From Schizochytrium sp. TIO01 (taxonomy: Eukaryota > Protista > Bigyra: Labyrinthulomycetes): a stretch of DNA of 64,000 nucleotides. Made by a program: the position numbers and the translations under genes. Of the stretch, positions 35,201-47,193 are shown in pieces. The notes under the pieces are model-generated. The model searched no databases. It was given only the letters and a program-made list of their open reading frames with translations, and was not told where the DNA came from. The stretch covers positions 3,510,747 to 3,574,746 of the forward strand of contig SMSO01000037.1 in the NCBI GenBank assembly GCA_004764695.1, read 5' to 3'. Positions within the stretch are counted from its first letter, which is position 1. Each line of letters starts with the position of its first letter.

Positions 35201-36132
35201 ATGGTCCAATGTACACGAGTGTCAGACTCAACAACTACGGACCACGTATCAGGAATACTGGACGAGTCAGTTGAGGTCCATGCATCGGAAGTGGTATCTG
35301 AGAGACAGTTCGCAGAAGTCAAACTGTAGCTAGCACCTGTGGACTGGGTGACAGTCATAGAGGAAATGATACCACGCTCACCAAGTGTGAGATTGATAGA
35401 TTGATCGTCACCATCATACATGATCATTGATGGAAACTTAGAGCCTTCCCAAATCGAGGTCGACTGGCACGGGCTGCCGCTTTGGTCCCAGTCATACCAC
35501 CATGGTTCATCATCATCGCTGTCGGGCACACGCGTGTTTCTGACGTATTCACATTTGTTGCCCCAAGGGTCCTTTTGCTTCTTGCAACGAACAGGGCCGT
35601 GTAAGCAGTTACTTGCCCGACGATCATCACAAATGATCCAGTTATCACGAGATCCATCGAAAGCTGTACAGCGAGGATCACCCCAGCAAACACAAGTCGA
35701 GCAGCAGAGCTCTTCTGATGTCACAGTTTCGTACGAAAAAGAGAACTCGAGTTCAAGGTTGGCCTCAGAAGCGCTGCAGCCAGTGCTAGTGCTGTTACAA
35801 TAAGCATTGGACACCTCGACTATGCGGCATGTATCTGCGGATTGCAGACTGCGACCTCCTAAAAGGAGCGCTCTTGAGTCTTCAACACCAAAAAGACGAC
35901 GAGAGTCAGTTGTTGCAACCAGATTGGGACAGCAAGTTTCCACGGTTACAGGACCAATTGATGCAGCAGAAGCAGAGAGGACAGCTCCCGTGTCTTGACA
36001 TGCAAACGTGCTGAGTTCTAATTGTTGAGAAGAAGCAGTGCAGCCATCGCTTTGTCCCGATGCTTGAGTAGCGATAGCAACGAGAACGAGGGCTACAGAA
36101 GCAAAAATGTGCTGTTGCACAATAGGATTCAT
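32218..36132 (-). CDS. Paralogue B: secreted Cys-rich two-module protein, ~1304 aa
   Basis: ATG at 36132 (MNPIVQQHIFASVALVLVAIATQASG-Q); same Cys and GDP motifs as A; ~134-aa PTET/PTSA/PTEA linker. Confidence 0.92.
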   Translation of the reverse strand: MNPIVQQHIFASVALVLVAIATQASGQSDGCTASSQQLELSTFACQDTGAVLSASAASIGPVTVETCCPNLVATTDSRRLFGVEDSRALLLGGRSLQSADTCRIVEVSNAYCNSTSTGCSASEANLELEFSFSYETVTSEELCCSTCVCWGDPRCTAFDGSRDNWIICDDRRASNCLHGPVRCKKQKDPWGNKCEYVRNTRVPDSDDDEPWWYDWDQSGSPCQSTSIWEGSKFPSMIMYDGDDQSINLTLGERGIISSMTVTQSTGASYSLTSANCLSDTTSDAWTSTDSSSIPDTWSVVVESDTRVHWTIQNDDATVYTSIMCQATSDYRSRLDITLKVPTAGDASTPANGDGFCSTGSISEDSKGTGTLSIEQDDICLRSELGGCVEACKALVDATCLESNLESNVRYWCEMNDLSGVSPAINTTEECVSRIIDEENCTETSYNWADIVCQVDNLNSAKTSYDESGYQKCLQEIEDFTWFQYVLDRPSYTIVSSDTAPTECISNAAEYNTSKSYDCAVGVQVQSYNSDAESWEDEFFIPADYPPCNDLLNISGADYPNIVTRPIRLVQCESIQAQCATVNSCLPTNGFEVSFNYNMQFCPTPQPTLTPTMLPTESPTQTPTETPTSAPTETPTSAPTETPTSAPTETPTSAPTEAPTSAPTEAPTSAPTEAPTSAPTEAPTSAPTEAPTPAPAGPVLAPSAAPEPSGEGTGAPSTSNADSTGTESPSTTIESSCYDCLVSQGTAPQICSTDNVYMELGECETCCQDESSSLPELTEYGYCRSQETTRPYCNMSSSSESALCSSLADNEGTLDINITYASAEEMPNSCCSDCSVYGDPEMISFQTTTFNITAWIICDGRTKTDDDTTCPIEEDTCTSEVDQDGNACYYNQTRADLISGSSQANIGAIGSPCQANPDSNPAVMEVYTTPSGDFAINTILGERAVINAAIFTVNGTNYTLTASQCFGDAGSGWDQNITGVLNNVTYDSDDQNPTARGATRNWSFMFEESIYVQITCLKMIAQGGDAEGITGYRLDLDHIIDTDETRSGSELATGFCPTDKIDYMQSNHTKTGSDSVFYTCTWQQWSMALTLAKALVSAATISSDAEISAAIESWCTTANVFNTASDPATACYDKIWNNGNSMTNIGKRWTTQYCTAISSNRGTWSLNRWLSQCTSDIYQETFGITTYVEMYGTGERDTDNTCSSDPSYNTTSSVCEQGIFVEYYDEDLGEWVEEFFVPALQLPCDGIISLSYSDYPNLFQNKIRFRQCDQQANNGCSLAYSCMSAQGFSVSYQYSYSGEICSSSS

Positions 36133-39100
36133 GACTTGTACGCCACTAGCTGATAAATGTGACGCCAAAGCACAAAGACAATTGATTTCTCTTCACAAGG
36201 CACGTCTTGCGAAGAGACTAAGGTTTGTTGTCGTTCGCTGGCGCTGGCGACGCTACCTTAGTTGTGGTTTTGCTGACCAAAGGCTGCAATTCTTTTAGAT
36301 TGTGAGGGCTTCGCAGTGAGCGTTGAGAGTGAAGAAGTAATTTGTATTTCAGAGGGAACCTGAGGAGAAAATTTTAGAGCGAAAATACTGTCTTGCACAC
36401 TCTCTTTTAGACTATGGTTCCGTCCAATCGGCACGGTCTGGCACCTTTCTCTGACCTTTATGAGTCTTTTCGGCAGATTGACCGTAAACTACCACCTTTT
36501 TATTTTATTTTATTTTTAAAGTTTCACCTTCCTTATCTCCGTAGTGGGTCCTAGTCACTGTTGACATTCAGAGCATTTCTTGCACAAGTTTGCTCACGCT
36601 TGAGCTGCGTGATCGCGACCAAGAGCAACGTTAGGTGGAATCATCTTTCTTCTCCTTCTTGAAAATAAAAACAAATCATCGAAGGAAGGATGGCTCGATT
36701 GATAGATTGTGTGGCTATTCCCCTCTGTTGATAAGACTTAAATGGCATGGCTGTAAGAGTATTCAGCAACTGTATCGAAAAATCCTTAAAAGAAACAAGG
36801 GCATTTCAAGACCCGAACATCTTTGAAAGAGGTAAACTATTATAGACAATGCAATCTTAAATGGGATACTTTAGCCCTTTGTGTAATTACACTTTGATAG
36901 CATGTCAAGACAGGCACCTTCAAGCGCGAGTCGCGGATTATTAAATCGCCAGGCAAAACATAAACTATTAAACAGCATGTGAAGAGCATCAATCCTTTTC
37001 TATTTTAAAGTATTAAATATATGCATATACTTAAAAGCTTAAAGCAAAACTTGAATAAAGAAAATTACAAATTACAAATTTGTTTTGTAATGTGTGCGGT
37101 TCTAGTATAAGAGATGGCCCAACGTGCGACCTTCAATATCGCTGATACCTTATATACTTTTCTAATGCGATGATGTTGATGACTGGGCAAAAATTGTCAC
37201 GTATTTGAGTAAAACGCGGTCGTATAAACGTCGTGGGAGTAAAAGATCTTCCCTGAAAACCAAGCTGCTTTCGCGTTTATATATCAATGAAGGAGCTCAT
37301 CACCACCTTCTATGAGAGGTATATTATATACAATGATACAATTTTAATTTATCATATGTCTTTGCTATCTTAGCATGAGTTTAACCCTCTATTGTTAACT
37401 CCAGAACTCATACAAATGCGGGAACATATGTAGAGTACTTATTAGGTTGCTAGAGTTTTGTTTGTTGAATAATATCCTCTTTAAATTTCTCTCTGCTCTT
37501 CTTTAACAAGGATGGATTGGAAAATTTAATATATAGAGCTGCTAATTTTGTATTTCTTAAAAATCTTAAAGGGGAAGTTGCGACTTTCCGTATCCCAGCT
37601 CAGTCGAAGCATTATGCAAGTTTTTTATTGCTTGTATATCTTTCCCTGTAGAAGTAAAACCTGAGCTTTCTTCTGTATCTGACGCATATGCTAGCTAAAA
37701 CTTCTTGTGTCCTCATTTAGAAAAGGAAGAGAGATCCTAGACTACAAAGGATTTTTGAAGGGAATCCATAATTAGTTTGTCATGTTAAACATTAAGGTAT
37801 CTTCACGTCGTTTTTCGCTTAAAGACGTCAACGAAGCCTCATCTGAATCCATTTCTTAAAATAAACTATCAAAAAATATCATTGAGTGGCACGCCGACGC
37901 CTCGGATTGAATCAGAAGCCAATCATTCGGCTTATGAAGAAAACAAACTTTATTTTTCATGAAGTAATTGATGCTCTCGTCACCTAAATTCTTTAGAACG
38001 TTTAACGACCTGGCCGTGTACTTCAACCTCCAAGAACCACATGATAGCTATTAAATTTAGACCACGGAGCATCAAAGCATTGGCAAATATACATCTATTG
38101 ACAATCTTTGAAGATCCTTAGCAAACCTCGCACAGCAAGCACTGAGTCTCATTGGCTACTTAATGCCTTTCGATGACTTTGTATCGTATAGTTTTAAATA
38201 GTATTTTATGCCAATATTGTCTTTAGGAACGTCTTGTTCCATGAGAAATTTTAGTAGACCAGGAGAAACCTTCGACGAACAAGTGTGGGTGGGAGTAGTG
38301 GTGGAAGCAAGATGGAGGCCCTTTTTTTTTTTTCTGAGGCTGATGGCAAACCCATTACTTCAACTTGAATCCTTGTGTACGGTACGTAGCTTATTTTGTC
38401 ACAGACTCTGTGTGAGGTCATAGTCATAGAGGTTTCTGCACTATCCAAATCTCTTTGCTGGCTAGAAGAATTCTCTAGCATTTACCTGGATGACTACACT
38501 CATTCTAATATTTCTCTTCTTGGAAGTTAGAAGGCACTTTATAAGTAACACTTTCCTATTTGTCTCTCAGGACACCCGGAGGTCACACTGTAGAGTCGGA
38601 GTAAGACTAACAACTCTAAGGCAGTAGTAGTGTAGTGGTGCACTCTCATGTGGATAAGCTATTCTTATATGTCGGTAAAGAAAGTCAAAAGAATCGCAGA
38701 TGTATGGATATTGATTTTAGTAGTAATAGCCAAATAAGCTATATGCGAGTTGTAAGAAATTGAAAATGGATGGTAGAAATTAGCTCCTGCTTGCTACTTG
38801 AGTGTATAATTATAAAAACAAAGTGGTTAGACGGGTTTGCCCTATTTTCTTCCCAGGTAAGGAATACGCTAATCACGCTCGAAGTGCTACTACTAGTCAT
38901 TAATCGATTGCATGTGCCAAAGATATCCCTATTCCCATCAAGGTGCTCAATTTCCCCTAATTTTTTATTCTCACTAGATAGAGGTTACTTCTATCTCCTC
39001 TCCTTTTACTTAGGTAAAAACTCAAGGCAAGGTATTTATACCTAATGTTAATTTTCTTCGGTGTAATGCATAAATCGAATGGTTTTACGGAAATTATTCC

Positions 39101-40442
39101 GTTTCATCTCCATGGTGCAATTATAGCAGTAGAATTTTCATAAGTAAGATAGCAGCTATAAGTCTGAATAACTCCGGAATGAGGCAATTTATAAAAGATG
39201 TCATGAGAGAAACACGGTACTTATCTATATATATTCTTAAAAACGAAGCAGAGCTTGCAGTATAATAGAGAATGGTTCTAGAGATGCCACCGTTTAGAGC
39301 ATCTACAAGGAAACAATTGCGTGCCTTGCTATCACTACAAGTATTGCCGGTTGTTGCAACACGCCATGGTAGCGCAGCACAAAGCAAATACTATCTAAGT
39401 TATGCTAGGGACTACCATGCGAAACTTTTCCTCGATTTGTTTCATTTAAACTATGGGATTAGCAAGCCACAGCACTTTATCAAGTTGTGTTTAAATTTAC
39501 TAAGGTTGTAGATGCGTGTTATATTGATGAATTGATTCTTCAATTTAAGCACTTTTATTTCAAGTAGCTGAACAAAGGCTTTTAAATTAAAGTGCAAATA
39601 TTCTATTCTACAAAAATATAACTTAAAGTCTCGCACTTATTTGAGGTCGGGTTGCGTTGGATAGTTCGATTCTGAGGATCTTGACCGATGCAGTTTGTGA
39701 GGTCAACGTTATCTCTGAACATTTTTCCAGCCCGCAATTTCATATATCCTTGGTGATTTCAGCGAATATATAATTTTCATCGAGAATTATTAATAAAATT
39801 ATATTATATAGAGAGAGTTTGAGGACAAGTATGGTCCTTCATAGTAGTTTTGTTAATCAAAATTAGGCGTTAGATAACACCATTGATTCATAATTGTCAA
39901 GTATATCTGTATAAAGTAATTGACGGCTAATGTAAATTTGTATGTATATATCTTAAAATAAAGTGAGAGTAGTCTATATGTAGTCTACATATTTGGAAAC
40001 CTTTTTCATTTCTTTTCTTTGAAAATATATAATTGGAGGAAAGGGAAAAAGAAAAGGAAAAAGTAAAGTAAGAGACAAAAAATTAATATATAGGGGGAAT
40101 TTAGGAAGATTCAAAATAATTAGGTTAGTATGAATTTAGCCAATTCATTGGACAAGGGAAAGTTTAACATACCACCATCCTATACTTTAGAAGGTCACCT
40201 CCGTTTAAAAAGCTAGCCTAATGCGCCTTGTTTGAGGCAAAACCAAAATGGAGAATCTGAAGAATGAGCAGTCACGCATTAATCTTCACTTTAAAAGAAT
40301 AAAATTCGCAGAAAGTCTCAATGCTAATGCTTATTGATGTTGTGAAAAGGAAACATAGACTATATAAAAGCTAAGTAGCAGGAGATCATGGGGGACATGA
40401 AAGTCTTGCAAGTGCAGAGAGATAATCACAAGTAGGTGGCGT

Positions 40443-43400
40443 TTATGAGCTTGTGCCACAAATGTCTCCTGTGTGGCTAAACTTGTATGACACCTCAAAG
40501 CCTTGAGCGGACATACAAGAATATGCAAGGGAACAGCCGTTGTTGGCTTGCTGATCACATTGACGAAAACGGATCTTGTTCTGAAAAAGGTTCGGGTAAT
40601 CAGAATACGAAAGTGAGATGAGACCATTGCAAGGAAGGCTGAGAGATGGTACGAAGAATTCCTCCACCCAAGAGCCTGAGGTTTTATCGTAGTACTCCAC
40701 AAAAATGCCCTCTGTACAAATATTATCTGAAGTAGTGTACGATGGATCACTCATGCATGTGTTATCGGTATCTACCTCACCCGTACCATACATTGCCACG
40801 TAGGTAGTTATACCAAACGTTTCCTGGTATATATCCGAAGTACATTGGCTGTTCCAGCGCTTTAGAGTCCAAGTTCCACGTTTGGAGCTAATTGCAGTGC
40901 AATATTGCTCTGTCCAGCGCTCGCCAACCTTCACCATGCTCGTACCAGAGCCCCAAATTTTACTAAAACAGGCTGCGGAAGCATCGTTAGATGTAGTAAA
41001 GACATTTGCAGTCTTGCACCAAGTCTGTACGGCACTTTTAATTTCAGCAGTACTGTCGATCGTCGCCGGGGCAACAAGGGCCTTGGCAAGAGTGAGAGCC
41101 ATACTCCATTGCTGCCAAGTGCAGTCGTAAAAAACACTGTCTGCGCCCACTTTTGTTGGTGTTGCCTGCTGGAAATTAATCACATCAGTGGGGCAGAAAC
41201 CAGTCGCATTAGACGTATCCCCAGTTGCACGGTTCTCGTCCACATCAATGATATGGTCTAAATCCAATCGATACCCAGTTATGCCTTCTGCATCACCACC
41301 CTGCGCAATCATTTTCAAGCACGTAATTTCTACATAGATAGTCTCATCATACACGAAAGACCAGCTACGTGTAGCTCCACGAACGGTTGGATTTTGATCC
41401 TCATTATCAAAGGTTACGTTTTGAAGGACGTTAACTATGGAAGCATCCCAGCCAGACCCAGCACCACCAAAACAATCGCTAGCGGTCAATGTGTAATTAT
41501 TTCCTCCTACAGTAAATACAGCAGCATTGACTACCGCACGTTCACCAAGGATAGTATTAATAGCAAAATCGCCACCAGGAATAGTGTAAACCTCCATCAC
41601 TGCGGGCCCTGACGCAGGATTTGCCTGGCACGGGGAACCGATAGCACCAATGTTCGCCTGAGAGCTGGAGGAAATCAATTCAGCTCGAGTCTTGTTATAG
41701 TAACAAGCATTGCCATTGTGGTCTACCTCTGAGATGCAGGTGTCCTCTTCTATGGGACAAGCTTCATCGTCTTCAGTCTGAACTCGTCCATCGCAAATGA
41801 TCCATGCACTTATATTGAAAGACGTTGTTTTGAAGGAAATAAGCTCTGGATCACCATAAACACTGCAGTCAGGACAGCACGAGAGTGGAACATCCTCCGC
41901 ACTAGCGTATGTGATGTTGATTTCCAAGGTTCCCTCATGGTTATCCAACTGTTCGCACCATTGTGCTTGATTTGAGTCCGTCATGTTGCAGTACGCGCGT
42001 TCAGTCTCCTGCGTTCGGCAGTACCCGTATTCTGTTAGTTCAGGCAATGTAGTTGCATCAGACTGACAACAAGTCTCACATTGACCAAGATACATGTAGA
42101 CATCATCAGTTGTACAAATTTCAGGTTGACGACCGGATCCAACACTACATTCATAGCAAGACGAGGCTTCTTCGGTTGTTACTGGAGAGCCAGTTCGAGG
42201 ATAATCACTCTCTGGTGTTGGAGTCAACGTGGGTGTGCTAGTTGGCGCTGCTGAAGGTACTTTCGTAGGAGCAAGAGTAGGTGCGTCTGTAGGAACCAAC
42301 GTTGGAGAACTTGTTGGGGTCAGAGTAGGGCTTTGTGTGGGCTTAGAAGTAGGGCAGAATTTCATAGTGTACTCAAACGAAACTTCGAAACCATTTGTTG
42401 GCAAGCACGAATTCTCAATGGCGCACTGAGATTGCAAAGATTCGCACTGTACTAAGCGAATAGGCCTTGTCATTATGTTTGGAAAATCGGCTCCACTAAT
42501 ATTGAGAACGTCATCACACGGTGGAGAGTCAACAGGAATAAAAAACTCATCATCATAATCACCTGTCTCAGGGTTTAGAGACTGCACTTGAACACCTACA
42601 GCGCAATCATATGGCTTGCTTTTGCTATATTCTGTAACATCAGAGATACACTCAGTTGGCGCAGAACCAGAAGAAACAACTGAATACGATGGCCGGTCTT
42701 GCACGTACTGAAACCATGTAAAATCTTCAATATCAGCTAGACATTGCAAATACCCGCTTTCATCATAGCCAGACTTGTCTGAATTCATGTTATCAATTTG
42801 GCATACAATATCAGCCCAGTTGTAACTCGTCTCAGTACAATTTTCTTCATCAATAATTCGAGAAACACAATCTTCAGTAGAGTTAATCGCAGGCAAGACA
42901 CCTGCGTAATCATTCATGTCACACCAGTACCTAACGTGTGTCTCGAGATTAGATTCCAGGCACGTGGCATCCACTAGAGCCTTACATGCTTCAATGCAGC
43001 CTCCGAGTTCTTCGCGAAGGCACTCATCGTCTTGCTCAACAGACAAAGTTCCTGTGCCCTTGGCATCTTCCGAAATTGTACCAGTGTTACAGAATCCGTC
43101 CCCAGAACTAGAAAGAGGGGCGTCACCTGCGGTGGGGACCTTGATATTGACATCAAGCCGCGAGCGATAATCTGACGTTGCTTGACATAGAATGCTTGTA
43201 AATGCAGATGCATCATCATTTTGAATGCTCCAACGGGTGCGGGAATCTGACTCAACAGTAACAGTCCAAGTGCTTGGAATGCTTGATGAGCTGGAAGAAG
43301 TCCATGCAGAGGCAGAACTGTCAGCTAGGCAGTCAGTAGATGTAATTGCAAAGGTTTCGCCACTCGTTTGAGTCACATTTAAAGCAGACACAATTCCGCG

Positions 43401-44146
43401 CTCCCCAAGTGTCAAGGTGATAACTTGATCGCTTCCTTCATACATAATCATTGTAGGAAATTTTGTGCCTTCCCAAATTGAGGTGGATTGACATGGGCTG
43501 CCGCTTTGATCCCAGCTGTACCACCATGGTTTGTCGTCTTCACTGTTAGGTACACGCGTATTCCGGACATACTCACATTTGTTCCCCCAAGGATCTTTCT
43601 GATTCTCACAGCGAACTGGACCATGGAGACAGTTGCTTGCACGGCGATCATCACAAATGATCCAGTTAGCACGCGAGCCATCAAAAGATGTGCACCGCGG
43701 GTCGCCCCAGCATACACATGCTGAGCAACACAGCTCTTCAGAAGCGACGGCCTCGTACGCGAACGAGAAATCAAGTTTGAGAACAGCATCATCTGGATTG
43801 CATCCTGTACTAGATTCGTCACAATAAGCATCAGAAATTTGCACAGTACGACAAAGATCGCTGGACTGCAATTTTCGGGCTTCCGACATTGACAATTTGC
43901 TAATGTTCATAAGCGAGTCAAGCAGACGGCGGGAGTCCGAGCCTGCATTGATGTTTGGGCAGCATGTTTCACAGATGCAGGCCCGACTGTGGAGGTGGAA
44001 GCGCTCAAGGGTTCATTTTCTTCAGAACATGCGAAGCTTTCTAGTGTGAGCTGCGTTGAAGAAAGCGTGCAACCATCACTTTGGGCGGCTGACCTTGAAG
44101 CGATTGCTAATAACAGCACTGCTGCGATTGCAGCAGTGGCTTTCAT
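40443..44146 (-). CDS. Paralogue C: secreted Cys-rich two-module protein, split by a 1-nt deletion near 43970 (assembly error or pseudogene)
   Basis: ORF 43907..44146 supplies the signal peptide up to ...VGPAS. Restoring one G (GTGAA to GTGGAA) gives VETCCPNINAGSDSRRLLDSL, in frame with ORF 40443..43910 and matching VETCCPN in B. Confidence 0.85.
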
Positions 44147-47135
44147 TGTATTACGCCAATATAGATATAATAACCTTAGATGCCAATCAAGAACGAGCGT
44201 TGTTTGTTAAGTTTCTAGCTAGAGGTTTTCATTCAAGCAAAGCTCTAGCAAGTTACGAGTTTGGTGCCTGCCAAGCTTTGAGTTTGAGTTTGAGCCATGT
44301 TGCACATTCCACAACTTGTTTTACCTTCTATTTCATTGGTAGATAAAATCGTGATTCTGGGCTACCTCATTTGTTTAAAAAGAAAAGAAAAGAAGAAGAA
44401 AAAGGACGATAAGACTACTGTTACAAGGTTATCGAGAGTGTGTAATTATATTTAAATAAAGAACGAAGGGAAAAAGGTTTAATACACGATATAACATGGG
44501 AGATAGGCTATCAGCATAATAATGGAAACTTCTTTTCTGTGTTCGTTTTAAAGCCACAGCACGCGCGTTGCACCATGCAAGCTGCTGTAGGAAAATAAGC
44601 TTTTGAAAGAGGAATGCTGTAAATTTCAGTGTATGCTAATGGCTCGGACTTGTGATATTTTCTTTCTCAGAATACATATAAATATCATTTTAATTTAATA
44701 AAATTAACAAAATTAATATATCGTATTATTGCACTATACCATGCTCTTACTTCTTGAAATTGAAGTATCGCTCTTTTCCAGCGAGAGCTTAGGTTGTGTG
44801 CTGAACTTCAAGCACCAGAGCGTTGGCGTTGTGACGCTTCTGGCAAAGCGCCAATCCTGGTTTTTCAGAAGTAGTGTCTAGTCCAGATCTCCTCACAGAC
44901 TGGGTGCAGTTTTCCGACGGCTGTGTAGCACGTGGTGAAATTCTCCAATTAGTTACTGACCCGAACGACTTCATATTCTGAATGGAGCTTGCCTGGTCCT
45001 GTGTAAATGCCAAGTTGCCAACATACTAACTTTGGGTCGGCACCTGAATCTACGCAGGTGTATTAGCAAACTGACAAAACTATTGGATGGAACATGCTCA
45101 CCTTACTTTCTTAACTGAATCAGTTGTTTGAATTCGGCAGAGCTAATAGCGATTATAGTGAGCACAGTAGTAGCTCAAAAGAGCGATATTATTGTGAATT
45201 TTCATTAGGTTTTTCACTAACCAAAATTGTCAGTGGCCTTCACATACACCCGGTCGCGAAAGGGCTCTAAAAGAGACTCTTTAGCCTCATCGGAGCTAGT
45301 ATCATCCAAGTCAATAGAGGAATATAGCATACAAAACTCTAGTGTGAAGCGTCCGAGTCTCCGATGCAAAATAGTTGAACTTACTCCATTGTCTTGGCAA
45401 TGGCTGATGTTAAAGTGGTTGAAGCTTCAGTTAAAAAAAAAAAAAGTTTCCCGTATTTAATGTCAAAACAGCCTGTTAGCCTGAGCTCGCATGCAGAGGA
45501 ACCACTTCTTAGACAAACTCATATTGTTTCTTACAAATTGATACACGTGAACCATTAAGTATATATGCATTTGCTGCGTTCATGTCTTAAAGCAATGAAT
45601 GCACTATATTATTTATATATTTTTTTAAAAAATAAACTAAAACAATCGCAGCTACCTACAGTCTACTTTAAATGCTACTACTAGTGTATTAAATCATCAA
45701 TAAGGTATATGATGCAGCACGGTTGTGTCCTCACATATAGAATTTGATTAATTCAAATAAACTTAAAAATTAATAAAGGCAGGGCAAGACAAGGCCAGAC
45801 TGACTTGAAGCGATGTTCACTCACGCACCTAGCTCACCACCGCAATTTAGTCTATAAAAAAACAAAGAAGGTGAAGATGAAAGAGACCAAGGATACACGT
45901 GCATTGCAAAATCACTTTTATTAGTAGCTGACCGTATTGACCGTAATGGTGTATTGATATCCTTTGCGTCGATATCTTGGTCTGCGTTTTACTTTTTTTC
46001 TTCTTTGTTTAGTTTAAGTTTTGTTTGTTCGTTTGTTTTTTTCTTTGAAAGTAATACCTAGCTTAATTTTTAAGTTTTAGAAATTAAAACTTCTATTATT
46101 TATTAAAAAAAAATTATTATTATCAATTAAAAAGTTAGGTACCCAGTTGGTAATGATACTCGATACTCCCTCCAAGTTCTCCCCGTATTACAGAACCCTA
46201 AAAAAGAGGAACATAGCAAATTAAACAAGTTTGATTTATTTGATTCAATTAATTGTGCGATACCTCTACTAGTTAGACCATTTTACTTATGTTAATGAGT
46301 GGTAGCGAGCTATACGTTTTGACCCTGGAAATGTATAACTAAAACTTAATGTGTTTAATTTTTACATCAATTTTGTTTTAATTTAAAATAAATTAAAGAA
46401 GAGTTTAAAGACAAGGGGGGGCTCTGCTATATAGAAATTTAGACATGCGGAGCCAATCTCTGGTACCTAGTTCTCTAAGTAGCTAAGATCCGAGTCAAGG
46501 ATTAGATGTAGGCAACTCCTTCTGGCTCTTGAGCAAGGATAAAGAATTTGTCAAGACCAGATCCCAAACCAATGTGGGCACTAGCGCCAGTTTCGTGCAG
46601 CGTCACTTTAGCCGAACTTCAACATATGCCCTCAACTTCATCAAACCACACCGGGTGATTACTCTTGTATCGATAAACATGAAATACCATAGATCACATT
46701 TACATGTCCTACTAAGTGAATTTTTACATGAATACAACATCTGTTTTTGTGGAAAGGCTGAAGAAAAGGCTTACTTTTATTTATTTATTTATATAGGGGG
46801 GGGCGGTGCTTCATGGAATTCCATCTCCTACATTAAACAAGTAAGTATAACAAAGGTCATGCAGGTATTTAATTCTAGAAGACAAAGGAAGAAGTTTTAC
46901 ATATTTTCTGCTGATTATGAAATAAATGAAAATGAGAAAGCACTTAAAATTGGAAATGGGAAAAGGATGCTATAGAGTCATTCAAATCAAGCTCAAATTT
47001 CAAAAGCAGCCTTGATCTTCTAGGTAAGATAAAGAAAGCCACAATAAACGTCTTGTTTCATTCCTTAATTCTTATTAGCTGCAATAAGTCTGGATATTTA
47101 GACTCGGTCCTTAATACCTTCCCATCACCAATAAA

Positions 47136-47138
<3 letters not shown>

Positions 47139-47189
<51 letters not shown>
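47139..47189. repeat. (TA)n microsatellite
   Basis: Perfect dinucleotide run. Confidence 0.95.

Positions 47190-47193
<4 letters not shown>

Noticed and set aside
32218-36168. Track start for B at 36168 (and for RCHY1 at 2269)
   Set aside because: These are non-ATG starts; the first in-frame ATGs are at 36132 and 2209.
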